Source of the DNA: Psilocybe cubensis
Lineage: Eukaryota
NCBI GenBank assembly: GCA_017499595.2
Contig: CM038998.1
Location: 62,001-126,000 of the forward strand
DNA length: 64,000 nucleotides
Direction: 5' to 3'
Shown here: piece after piece, positions 50,239 to 61,721 of the stretch
Layout of the letters: each line of letters begins with the position of its first letter
Numbering within the stretch: position 1 is the stretch's first letter
Notes under the pieces: model-generated
Database searches by the model: none
Seen by the model: only the letters and a program-made list of their open reading frames with translations
What the model was told of the DNA's origin: nothing
Program-made: the position numbers and the translations under genes

Positions 50239-52182
50239 ACATCCCTCCCCGGAGAGCGATAGTTAGGATGGTTGAGAGACCTAGTCCGGGCACTGGATCT
50301 ACTTCCCTGCCCGGCGCAAGTAACAGCAAGAGAACTGTGGGAATCGGAGGGCACTGCGAAGGTGATCAACGCATCTACGCCCGCTCCTCCCGATCCGATC
50401 CCGATCCTCCCGCTCCAGCATCCGCAACCGCAACAGCATCCGCATCAGTGTCCGTATACACACTAATCACATTCTCTGCCTACACATATACACATTTCTT
50501 AATCAGATAAAATCAAACTCCCACAACGAAAGAGAAGTGACGTACCATCTTCATCTTCATCCCCACCTTCCCCTTCATCCGTCGAATTCGAATGCGAAAC
50601 GGGAAACACCAGAAACAGAGCTCAAAGCAGGCGATGGCGCTCTCTCCCCTGCACCTCCTTGTTCGGAACCCTCACCCGAACCCTCAACGACCCAACTACG
50701 ACTCACAGACCCGTTGTCCGATACAAACGACGACGATATCTCCTGCGTGTCGTGCGAGATGGAAATAGACTCTGACTCTGTCCCTGAAAGCGAAAGGTAC
50801 GGCGAGTGCAAAGAAACAGGCGAACGGGTACAACGACGCGGAATGCAACGACGCGGCGCGCGGCACGAACACGGGTGCGGGCGGCGAGAGTGTGAACGGT
50901 GCGGGCGCTGGTGTGGGTGATGGTGAGCAGGTGCGTGAAGCGTTTGATGAGGCTGGGGCTGAGCCTGAGCCTGTTGTGGAGGCGTTTGACGAGGCTGGGG
51001 CGGAGGTGGAGTGGAAGGGTACGGTGCAAGTGGGTACACACTCCTCTTATTCGCCGGTGCTTGTGCTGGTGTATTCCCATTCCCAATCCCCAACACCTGC
51101 TGCTCCCTATTCCCTTTACCCACCCGCGACCGTGCCTGCAACTCCCGCTTCACCGCATCCACATCCATCGCGCGCAGCACCTGCTCCGAGAGCGTCGGGA
51201 GCAGCGCGAGGAGGATGTTGCGATGTCTTCGTGTGTTTGGGTGAATTGAGTGCGGAGGCTTGTAGGTTGTAGTAAGTTAAATAAGTGTAGGGGAAGGGAG
51301 GGAAAAGAGGAAAAGGGGTGTTAGTTGTGTTTAGAAAATTAGAGATAAGAATGGGAATAGAATAGGATAAAAAAGAATGGGATACAATAAAAGCAAAGAA
51401 AATAAAAGTAAAAGCAAAAGCCCATCCGACGGTTCTTCTATCCATCCTGCTATCCGTCCTGAACCATCTATCCACCCGTATCAATCAACCCGTACATGCA
51501 TGCATCGGCCAAAACGATCTATGCGAAGATGAAGACGAAGGCGAAGGATACACCCTCGAACAAACAACAACATGAACAAGAACCAGAACCGTGCTCGTTC
51601 AAAGTACCTCTGCAAGATGGATGGAATAGAGAACCTCCGAAACTGGAATCTGTCCATTCCACCGAAATCTATCCAAATAAACCCACAAAAAAAACAATCC
51701 AAAAAACATACTCTCTAAAAACCACACTCCAAAAACAAAAAACCCCAAAAACCAGAAAAGAAAGAAAGAAAGAAATAAAAAAATAAAATAAAAAAACACT
51801 CACACATCCCTCGCCTGTTCCTCGGCGTCCATCTTCTGCCTCACCTCATCAAGCCGCACGCGCATGAACCCGCGCGCGTCCTATAGGCCGCCGATGATGG
51901 TGGTCGTTTTGAGTGCATTATTCAACTTTGCCAGATGTTGCTGACGTTGCGAGCTAACATTCTCCACCTCCATTTCATCCTCTTCGATAATACCGCCGGC
52001 CACACGACCATGAGCGTCCTCGCCTTCCGGGTGATCAATAGTCCTCTTTCTCTCTGTCTGTCGAGATGACCCCATCCCTATCAAGCGCGTCAGTGGACAA
52101 CGCAGTCGACGCTAGATTCGTCATGGACGGCGCGGCAGACCACCCATTCACATCCCCTCCAATACTCCCACTAACACTCCAA

Positions 52183-52800
52183 CTAAGCGTCATCGCACCA
52201 AACGAGCCAAACGGATCCGGGCCCTACTTGGCAGGAGCCATCACAAGCGGTGTATTCCCCCCTTTCTTCCCGATCCCAATGCCCATACTCATCCCCATCC
52301 CCTTGCCACCCCCAGGCGACGCCAGCCGCGAAAGCGTGTTCAAAAACGTCGACTTTCGTTTCTTCTCCTTCCCCTTCTTCTGCTGCGCGAGGGGCAGACC
52401 GGCGGGGTCGATGGGCAGCGATGGGATTTTGAGTCCCGGGTGCGTACTGCGCAGTTTCACGTCGAGTTCGATGAGCTCCGCGGCGGTGCGTATGAGCGTG
52501 AGGTTGTGTGTGGGTGCTGGTGTGTGCAGTGTCGTGTTTGTTATCACAGGTGATGGTGGTCGGTGCATGGGAGTAGGTGCGCGGCGGCCGTGGTGGTGGT
52601 GGTAGAGATAGAAAGATCGGCGCGGGTGGTGGTGGTGGTGGTGGTGGTGGTGGTGGTGGTGAGAGTCGACGAGCGGGGGTTGGATTCGACGATGTCGGCA
52701 GCGTGGATAGCGACGCGGACGATGCAGCGGATGAAGACGACGACGATGACGTCGGTGTGGGCGGGACGAAGTGAATGGTTAAAGTAGACGCAGACATCAT
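52183..52800 (-). pseudogene. Low-complexity gene fragment with a PX-like segment
   Basis: LIRTAAELIELDVKLRSTHPGLKIPSLP resembles a PX-domain helix plus PxxP. Poly-Pro/Ser flanks; no complete gene model. Confidence 0.35.
52625..52660 (+). repeat. (GGT)12 microsatellite
   Basis: Read directly from the sequence. Confidence 0.9.
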
Positions 52801-54363
52801 ACAGTGGGGAAAACCAAAAGCGCCACGATGAGATGATGAGATGATGGGAGTGTACAGGTTCGTGTCTAGTGCTTTCATTTCGTCTTGATTTCGTGTTTGG
52901 GTTTGGGTTTATAAGTCGGAATTCGAGTTTGTCTGGTGGGTGTTGTGTAAGATATGCTATGCTATGGTGTGATATGTGGTGTGTAACAGTGTAAGATGTT
53001 CAGAGCGTACTGCAAGTCGGTGTGAGGTAAGATGAGCTGAGGCGCTAGTGTCAGCGTCGGTGTAGGCGTAGGGTGTAACCGTAGAACACAAACTGGGTTG
53101 GCAAACCAAAAGCCAATGTGAAGGTCGATAGTCGATAAACGGTGTTGGTGTAGGTGTAAGTGGGCAGTGGGTATACCACGCCATTCTCCCCGCTTCAGAT
53201 CGAAAGGCAAAGTCAAACAAAGAGTCAACAGTCGAATCGAAAACCCGCAAAAAGGGGTTGGTGGTGGTGGTAGCACCCCACTGCACAACTTTGCCTGGTC
53301 TTCCTCGTCGTCTTCGTCGTCTTTTTCTTCTTCGAAATGAGGCCGTCGGAGAGGATGTGGACGTCGATGTCTACGCCCGTTTCCATGCCCATGTCCCTCA
53401 TTGTCGACTTCATCGTCTTCATGGAAATCGTCCTCATCATCCTCTGTATCGTCCGATTCGCTGGGACTTACTAACCCAGGCTCGTCCCCGTCCTGCGCCA
53501 CTGTAACATGTTGGTTGAATTTTTTCTTCCTCGCTTGCTCTAATTCAAATTGTACATCCTCCTGGTCCGTTTCTCCCTGGTTTTCATCGCGTACCGTATG
53601 ATGTGGGTTGAAGCTTTTGGCATTCATCTTTTTCTTCCTATCCCTAAGAGCGGCTATTTGGGCGTCTGCTCGCCATCTGTTGGGGTCCACGGCGATGTTT
53701 GTGTCCAGATTCTGACGCATTGCCTCCATACGTAGAGCCTCGATCTGACGCTCATTGAAAGCGGCGCGTTCCCTCCACGCTCAAGGTTCAGGCTGGCAGG
53801 GTCGAGCGGCGCAAAATGGCGGACGAGCCTGGGTTGATGTTGCAGTTGTGGTTGCGGTGGAGGCGCGTGAACGGGGGGCAGATCGGGGAGCTCTTCCTCT
53901 TCGAATACGCCCAGGCGAGCATTCTGCGACATCCATTCACGGAGGAGGAAGACGGCAACGAAGATGAGTACAATGAGCGATGCGATGATCAGGCCGGTGA
54001 ATATGTCTGCCGAGGGCGCTAACCATGCCGGATGTGAAGAAACCTTGGAGAAAAAATGCTGTTGGATGGCGGCCCAGGGGCTTCGTAGCGAATTCTATCG
54101 ATAGAGGAAGCTATCAGAAGTGGATATTAGATTGAGATCCCGGATGAGTACGTACGCGGATTCTCCCATGGAAAAGACGTCCACACTGTTATGCATGGCA
54201 ATATTCCTAGCCAGATTGTAGCAACAGCTATAATACGAACAACAGGGAGAAAAATAATTGTTGTAAAAGCCGCCGAATTACCCGTCTAACGTCACTGTCC
54301 GCAGTCCCTAAGCCTAAGTCGTAAGTAAGAGGGAAAGGATACAAAAAATACCCTCGAAAAATC

Positions 54364-54567
54364 TCGCATGCCCGAGGCATGGTGTTCATGGTATCATCTG
54401 GAATACAACTTCCAGATCGCAGTTTGATGTAAGCCAATTGGACAGGAATGCTGCTTAAGCCGTCCGTTCGAGTAGTATTTGGCCAGATCACTGAGGAGAC
54501 CATACGCCAACCTCACTAGAGAATCAGAGCGTTCCTCGTCGAAGGCAGCGGTGAACAAGCTCCAACT
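54364..54567 (-). pseudogene. KAP95: Decayed C-terminal fragment of importin-beta
   Basis: Across frameshifts it reads LELVHRCL / DEERSDSLVRLAYGLLSDLAKYYSNGRLKQH / KLRSGSCIPDDTMNTMPRACE, resembling the importin-beta C-terminus (GL.GDLA...G..K...T..WA.E). Confidence 0.65.
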
Positions 54568-54799
54568 TAAGTAGTCGAGCACGCCAAAGATGTCGCTGAG
54601 CGTCCTAGTGAACTGCGTCGTGATGGGCACGACTTTTGCCTGGCGAGGTGACGCACATGGACGACAATGCTCTCGTCTTTTCTGTGCCGCTCCGCCGCGA
54701 AACGGAGGTGAAACAGTTGTAGAAGTAGCCTAAGTGAAGTGGCAGCCAACCAGAGATGTCAGTAGGAATCGTTAGTGTTCGGGATAGGAGATGGGCTAT

Positions 54800-57700
54800 A
54801 CTATGTAAGTTACTACAGAAAATTAGGTAGACAGAACGAAACATACCTGTGTAGAACAAGAGGAAGGAAATGGTGAAACGAACGACTTGAGTGAGAATCG
54901 TGTGCGTCTAATCGCATGGTTAGCAAACGGCGGGTACACTGGAGTTGCGACTTACCAGACATGCTTCGAAACTTTTGCGATGTCTTGTTCGCTGACCTGT
55001 ATCTGCGCTGAATGACTGACCCAATATACAACACTGTGCAGAAAATTGTGTTACTTACGGCGAGCGTAGAGATCTCATACGTGCTTAACATCTGTGTTGG
55101 CACTTCGATTACACCTCACGCACAATATCATTCGGTCCCCATTTCGCTCCCTGTAGTAGTATTTGTATTATTTACATGGTACACTACGCTAGACTGCCTA
55201 CATGGATAGCAGCACTACTCGGTCTATATGTGCTACTTCACCCGCTAGATGAGCATGGTTGGAACAGAAGAAGAAGAAAGCGTGAGAATATGGCCAGCAC
55301 GCCAACAAGTACCGCAGAAGTTCGATGCCGCTCATGCCGTCGCCAAATTGGTGATGCGCGTGATTGGTGGCACGGCATCAGCGGCATCAAACTTCTGTCC
55401 TGTATCATGGCGATTTTGTGACGGTGTGACGCCTTTCCACCTCTCTCTCAACACTCACTCCTATGAAGCACGTCGTACGTAGAGATGGTTCGCATACGAG
55501 CTTACTGTAGTAGTAGCACTTTAGTGTAGACTCTAATACCATAAACTTAGCTAGCTGCGTACTCTAGTAATACAATTTTAGTTCAAGTGACATAGACCCG
55601 GCTTGGAAGGGCAGAGGAAATAGTCGGGTGAGCGACACAGAACGAGGAGAAACTACAATTCATTTGGATAGTGAATTACGCAGAAACATAGGTGCGAATA
55701 GTATTTGTATTTACTATCAGGCACAAAACACAAGCCAAAAACACATTCTACAGCACACCCGCCGCCTCTTCGCCTGCCAGACCCGTATTCGAGCGTCACA
55801 AACATAGGTGAGGAATCATCTTTGCTATCAGTGCAGGAAACATATTCTACAGCACATGTGCCGCCTCATTGCTTTACAGACCTCACTTATTCAACGACGC
55901 ACCCACCTACATTCAAGAATTGAACGTTGAATGCTGCCATAACTTTATGTTTTGTACGACGCTGCCTACTGTAAGCACCCGATCTGCGAGGTACCCTCTT
56001 TGCAGGTTGCCGTTTTAATTTGGATTTCACGATATCGGGACTTGTGTAGGATGTGCACATGGCTTCCGTCGACTCTCCTGCTAATGCAACTATATGCAAG
56101 TCTATTCTCATCTGACACGAGTAACGTAAATATCTCATTTACCCCCCCCCCCCCCCCCCCGTTGCTCTATTGAACCCCACAATTGGGATGACAGCCAGCG
56201 CTTTCACATGTTATTTACAACATCCTGATTTAATCAGGGGCTGCTAGAATTTTCGCTCATTCCGCACCTCGACTCGAGCCATATTTTTGAGAAGTAAGTT
56301 CAACCTTACACGCGTGTAGGCAACGCTCGTGTCCTTTCTGCCTCCGTACTAGTCTCTTGTTTGGTAAAGACCAATTTTTCCATTGCTCCTCTTGCGTGTT
56401 ATCATTCTGTCCTCGTTTCATAGGGACTACATCTAGTATGTAGACTACATGTTCGACGCCGCTCATGCCGTCGCTTGATTGGTGATTGCGCCAGCATCAC
56501 ATGTCGCCCAATTATCTTATCTTATCGCTGTCAGAATAGACAAAACAGCAAGAGATCCCTTAAGACTGCCGGCGCAGCGCGATGGCAGGCGCAGAGCGAG
56601 ACCTGTACTCGGATAATCCAAGGTGGCTTTACAATACGGATTGGTTTAACGGGCAGCCTATGATCAGATCAGAGTGGTGAAAGTGTCAAAATGAGTGAAG
56701 GCGTTAACAGCCGTGATTCATACGAGTTCTGAGAACACACCCCCGAGATTGTGTGGTTCAGCAAAGAAACAAAAAGATGATTGAGATATCTGGATATGAA
56801 GAGCTGTTTGAATTGCACCAATGCTAACGGAAGGCCACAACATATGTGCTTGTGGGACTCGATGAGAGCCATGAGCAATTCACATAAGATAAACACAGTC
56901 CGGCTCGATATGGTGCAATCCAATTAAAACAGCACCTGCAAAGGGGGTACCTCCTAGACAGAATGCTTATCGTAAGAAGCATCGCAGAAAAAAATATGGC
57001 AGCGTTCTGTGAGTGTGGCGTCGTTTATTAAGTGACGTCTGTCAGGCGACGAGGCGGCGCATATAGAATATGTTTTCCATACTAGTGATAGCAAGATGAT
57101 TCTCACCTATGTTTCTGTGTAATTATGTGACCTCGAATGAAGGACTGGTGGGAGAAGAGGCGGCGCGTATGCTAGAACATGTTTTTGGTTTATCTTCTCT
57201 GTACTGATAGCAAAAGATGATTCTCACCTATGCTTTTGCATAATTCACCAGCACATGAATTGTCATGTTCACCGGTCTTTGAATTAAAGTTATTATGGTG
57301 TTAAAATCTACGTTAAAGTATCCCTACCGCTAAGCTAAATATTTGAATCGAATTTACATTCGACCCGCCGCATTGGAGAGTGGGGGTTGTCAGAGAGGAA
57401 GAAAGGCGTCACACCGTCACAAAATCGCCCTGATACAGCACAGAAGTTCGATGCCGCTCAAGCCGTCGCAACATTGGTGATGTGCGTGATTGGTGGCACG
57501 GCATGAGCGGCATCGAACTTCTGCGGTACATGTTGGAGAGCTGGACATATTCCCACGGTTTTCCCTTCTTTCCTGCGCACCATCCTGGCCACGACGTTCG
57601 GCGGGGCTGGTGAACCTGAACCTGTCGAAGCAGCACGTTGAGATTGAGTAGCGTAGCAATTTATGTACATGGACTAGCGTAGTGTGCAATGTATATAGTA

Positions 57701-58120
57701 CTAGATCAGAGGAAATATTCTGCTACGAGATGAGGACGGTGACGCGTCAGAGGCATGGGGATCATATAGACTCTACCACCCGGTGCGATGTCTAGCGTAC
57801 GCCCTGGTTTTGTAGGAGGTATGATGCTGCACATTTGGTCAGTTATCCACACAGATCCACCTTTAGTGAACAGAACATCTCTTGGTTGGTGAGTCGCAAC
57901 TCCAGTCTACCCTTCAATAGCAAAGCACACTGACTGCTTGCGGACCGTCCCGACCGTCCCAAGGAAAATTACAGACTGCTTGCTGAGCGTCCCTGGAAAA
58001 ACTACACTCACTTATTTCTTACCGAAGGTGCTCGTTGCACCGTCTGCTTCGTCTTGCTTCACTTAGGTATATTCGGTACACTCTACATGCAATTTCTTAC
58101 AACTATAAACTTAGATTGAG
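54800..58120. repeat. Long imperfect inverted repeat (arms ~54800-55905 and ~57010-58120, spacer ~1.1 kb)
   Basis: Matched blocks include GGGTACACTGGAGTTGCGACTTACCA (54932) vs rc of 57886-57912, GGCGATTTTGTGACGGTGTGACGCCTTTC (55409) vs rc of 57401-57429, and AAACATAGGTG...TTGCTATCA units (55685-55830) vs rc of 57085-57235. Confidence 0.85.
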
Positions 58121-58277
58121 TGCGTCGCAGCAAAGGAGGCCACAGGGCAGCTCTTAGCACCCACAAGACAGCTCACCTCCTTCCTTATGTTTTTACTCCA
58201 AGGTAAGCGTTCATCTCATAGCCGTTTATTAGCTGAAATTTATCGTTTCCGTAACAGTACTGCCTAATCCCTACTGT

Positions 58278-59157
58278 CTATTCTGCATCATTGACTCCTG
58301 CGATGTTGGCAAGGGCAGCTCGAACCCGAGCGCTTTCCCTCCTCCCCTCGACACGACGATGTGCCTCCGCCCTATATTTCAGCTTCAACTTCAACACGCT
58401 ATGAACTGGCCAACATTTATCGTAATCCCTGAGAACCGGCCAACGCCTAGTTGCCTACCACGTGTGTCAGCCTTGCTTTTGAGTAGTAAAACAAACTGGT
58501 AATTACCTCTTGACATATTGCTTCAATTTTTTCCTTTTTCTGAGATCTGTAGCTTTTACTCATATCCAGCGACCTCCTTGCTTCTCGGGTGATGTATCCC
58601 TACGGACAAAATCAAGGCATCAGTCAAGTATGGTGAGCCACTATTGATTTACATACCACCATATCTCCTATATCTTCCTCAGACCAGTGGAAGTCGTCCC
58701 TCAGGACTGTCTGGATATTAAACCCACCACTTCCCCGACGGCCAGGTTCTCCCTTTGGCTTCTTATACATTTCGCCTCCTGGGACCGGCGAAGTCACGCG
58801 AGGATGAGAAGGCCCCGCCACTTGGAGGATCATAGCGGGATCAATGGGTTGCCCAGGATCGACCTGCACATGAGTTGCTGGTGTTGCAATTGAAGGCCCG
58901 ATTGGAGGGACAGGTACGGTGTCCTGGCCTGAAGGTCCCTCTGCCTGTATGAGCTCTTCAGGCCCTGGAGCTGCGACGGATGATGGCTGTGGCGCGGCTC
59001 CACGCGGAATGGCGTGTCGCTGTAGCAGCTCTGGAGTCCATTGGATACGAGGGGTAATCTTAGGTAGAGGTTCTTGACTGGGTAAGAGGAATTCGATCCG
59101 GGGAGTGATGAGGGGGAGATGACGAATGTATTCGTGTGAAGGATGCGAGGATGACAT
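58278..59157 (-). CDS. Three-exon hypothetical protein with a Pro-rich N-terminus and a basic helical C-terminal domain
   Basis: Exons 59157-58657, 58599-58507 and 58454-58278 splice in frame: ...KPKGEPGRRGSGGFNIQTVL...HWSEED|GYITREARRSLD...|ATRRWPVLRDYDKCWPVHSVLKLKLKY...*. An alternative ATG is at 59196. Confidence 0.8.
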
Positions 59158-59743
59158 GGTATATGTCGAGGAAAGATTGTGCGTTTTTCTTTTCATTCAC
59201 TATTTGTAGTTTCGTATTCGTCGCTCAATCATCCCCTTTGTTTATTCTATGTAACGTCTCGCTCTTCCGCAGACACTCATCCTCAGTGTGCACGTCAAAT
59301 CTCAGTGCACGTCAAATACGCACCAATTGTTTCGCAAAGTCGCTCTGCTAGTGTCAAAGATTGTTTGATCGATATCTTCTCACCGTAGGGGTAACCATTG
59401 ATCGCTACCTATCATTCTTTCATCAATATCTATTTCAGGGAGGGCTCAAGAAAGCATCATTTGTCTCTACAATGAGTGAAAACCCCAATGACAATATTAT
59501 CAGACATTGAGCCTTAGTTATACTGAAAATGAGCCTTAGTTCCAATATGAATACGGTTTGGCGAAAACGTGACAAAAAGGCGACACGACTCAAAGGGAGA
59601 TGTTATCTTTGACGAGTTATCTGTGACTCGTCAATGGCCAGTGCCAAGGGTGTCACAATGACTTCCGGCGGCGCTGGCGGTAAAGTACTTAAAGAGCAGG
59701 AGTTATCACCAGTCGTAAACGATTCAAACCATCAGCACCCGCC

Positions 59744-61573
59744 ATGGCAAGTGTAAGCTTTGCATCCTGTAGTTGTCGCCCGCTGACATGTTCGATAGGA
59801 GAATTTCGCAATATTCAGAACATATAAGTTGCCATCCATTCTGCCTATCAACACTTTATTGTTCTCAGAGGACGCTAGACTCTTAATATCTGGCGGTGAG
59901 TCTTTTCCTATCGTCAGTGTTAGGTAATCTTTAATAAGAACAATATCATACTTAGGAGATGACGAGACGGTATATGTCTTGGACACAAAAACGGGGGAAT
60001 GCATTCAAACTCTTGAGGATGACAACTGGGGACAAATCACCACAGTTGTCTGGGGACAACAGGAGTTACCCAACAGAGAAAACGGCGTTGTGTTATGCAT
60101 TGGCACGGGGAGAGGGTGTTTGGCGTTGGTTGCGCTAGACTATGATGCCACCGAAGTACTTCTCTTTCTCGTTTCAACTTCCTGTGTCCTTACATTCTGT
60201 ATATCATTCCTTAGCCATTCCCAGTAGGCGCGAACACATCTCCTGTATTTGCGTTCAATGACTCTGTCGAGAAAATGGCTTTCGACAAGCTCAACAATCG
60301 ATTAGCCGTCACAAGTCACTCCGGTGAGATCAAGGTTTTTGCAGTAAACAACAGTAAGTACTCTTGTCAATCGCCCTAGCACTCAAACCACACGAATATG
60401 GTACTCCTAGCTTCCTTGAGGTTATTGTGGGCCGATAATATTGGCAAAGTGATCACCAGCGGCCTATTCTTTTTTGGGGGGTCGAATCAAAGCCTCTTGA
60501 CCATCGGGTTGGAGACATCGGAAATGTGCGTTGATGTTTCTGTTTCCTTGCAATATATTCACGAATTTCTACCACAGGAAGTGCCTCGATGCTTCAAAGA
60601 GAGGTCCGCCATTATGGACGAAACATTTGATTGGTGGGATGTACGTGCTACTTTATGGAAACCCTCCATTATTTTGATAAATTTTTGAATATTTGACAGT
60701 GGAAGCGCGTCTCTGTCCAGCGATGAAACGTTGCTTCTTGTAGACAACCTTGCTACCGGTAACTTCGACGTCTATCAGATCGCCGACAACTCCCCTCTTC
60801 GTTCCCTGCCAATAGGCTCGACCCGTCGATTTTCCAAGCAATGCGCCTTCTTTGAAGGTTCGAAAATAGCAGTTTGCGGCAGTGACACCAATAAAGTTTT
60901 CATTGTGGATGTCGCAAACAACTATGTTGTTCAGACACTGACAACATGTCGAGGTTCGACTTTTCGCTTACCCCCGCATTTCAGTTTATTAATTTGTGGA
61001 CTTAGGTACTTACATGACACAAACGGTCTGTGTTACTCCATCGTCATCGCGCAACGTCTTTGTCGCCGCCGCATGTCGTGGCTATGTATATATCTGGGAA
61101 AAATCAACTCCTCAAGTCCAGGTAAATGTTCGCGCAGATGACCCTCCCCCTTCGAGGTACCGTCGCGTTGGATCCGCTATTTTGCCTTACCTGGGATTTG
61201 CTGTCGCTGGTACTGTCGGCCATTGGTTACCACACGCCTGGAAGGTGAGCAGCTTACAATCCTTTTGGCATTTGACAAACTAATGATATTCAAGTTGGGC
61301 CAAGACATAATCATGAAGACTGCTGATTATCTCATCCAGAATGGCGCAGATAGGACGATGGAACTTCCAAGAGAAGCTGTTGACAAAATCTTCGAGATGG
61401 CGGCAGCGGCCTCGAGGGCTTTGGATATGTCGTCGGCACTGGTGTCGTCGAGGACTCTCGACATGGCTGCTATTGCTACAACAACATACACGGCTGCTAC
61501 TGCGACTGCTACGATGACATCCCCTTCTGCTACCTCTCTTTTTGACATGGCAGCAGCAGCGGCTGGCCATTAG
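59744..61573 (+). CDS. WD40-repeat protein with a C-terminal hydrophobic segment and Ala/Thr-rich tail, multi-exon
   Basis: gccATGG at 59744. WD-like blades INTLLFSEDARLLISGGDDETVYVLD, VEKMAFD...LAVTSHSGEIKVF, CAFFEGSKIAVCGSDTNKVFIVD and GYVYIWE. Canonical introns. Confidence 0.8.
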
Positions 61574-61721
61574 AATCTGCATCTGCGTATCCTTCTAATT
61601 TGAAACGTGCCCTAGATTTCTTTTGTACATTTATGATATCGGATAATGACATTTTGCTGAGTAACCTGACTACATGCATCGAAGCTATGATCTACACAGT
61701 TTTCCATTATGTTCTCAGTGG

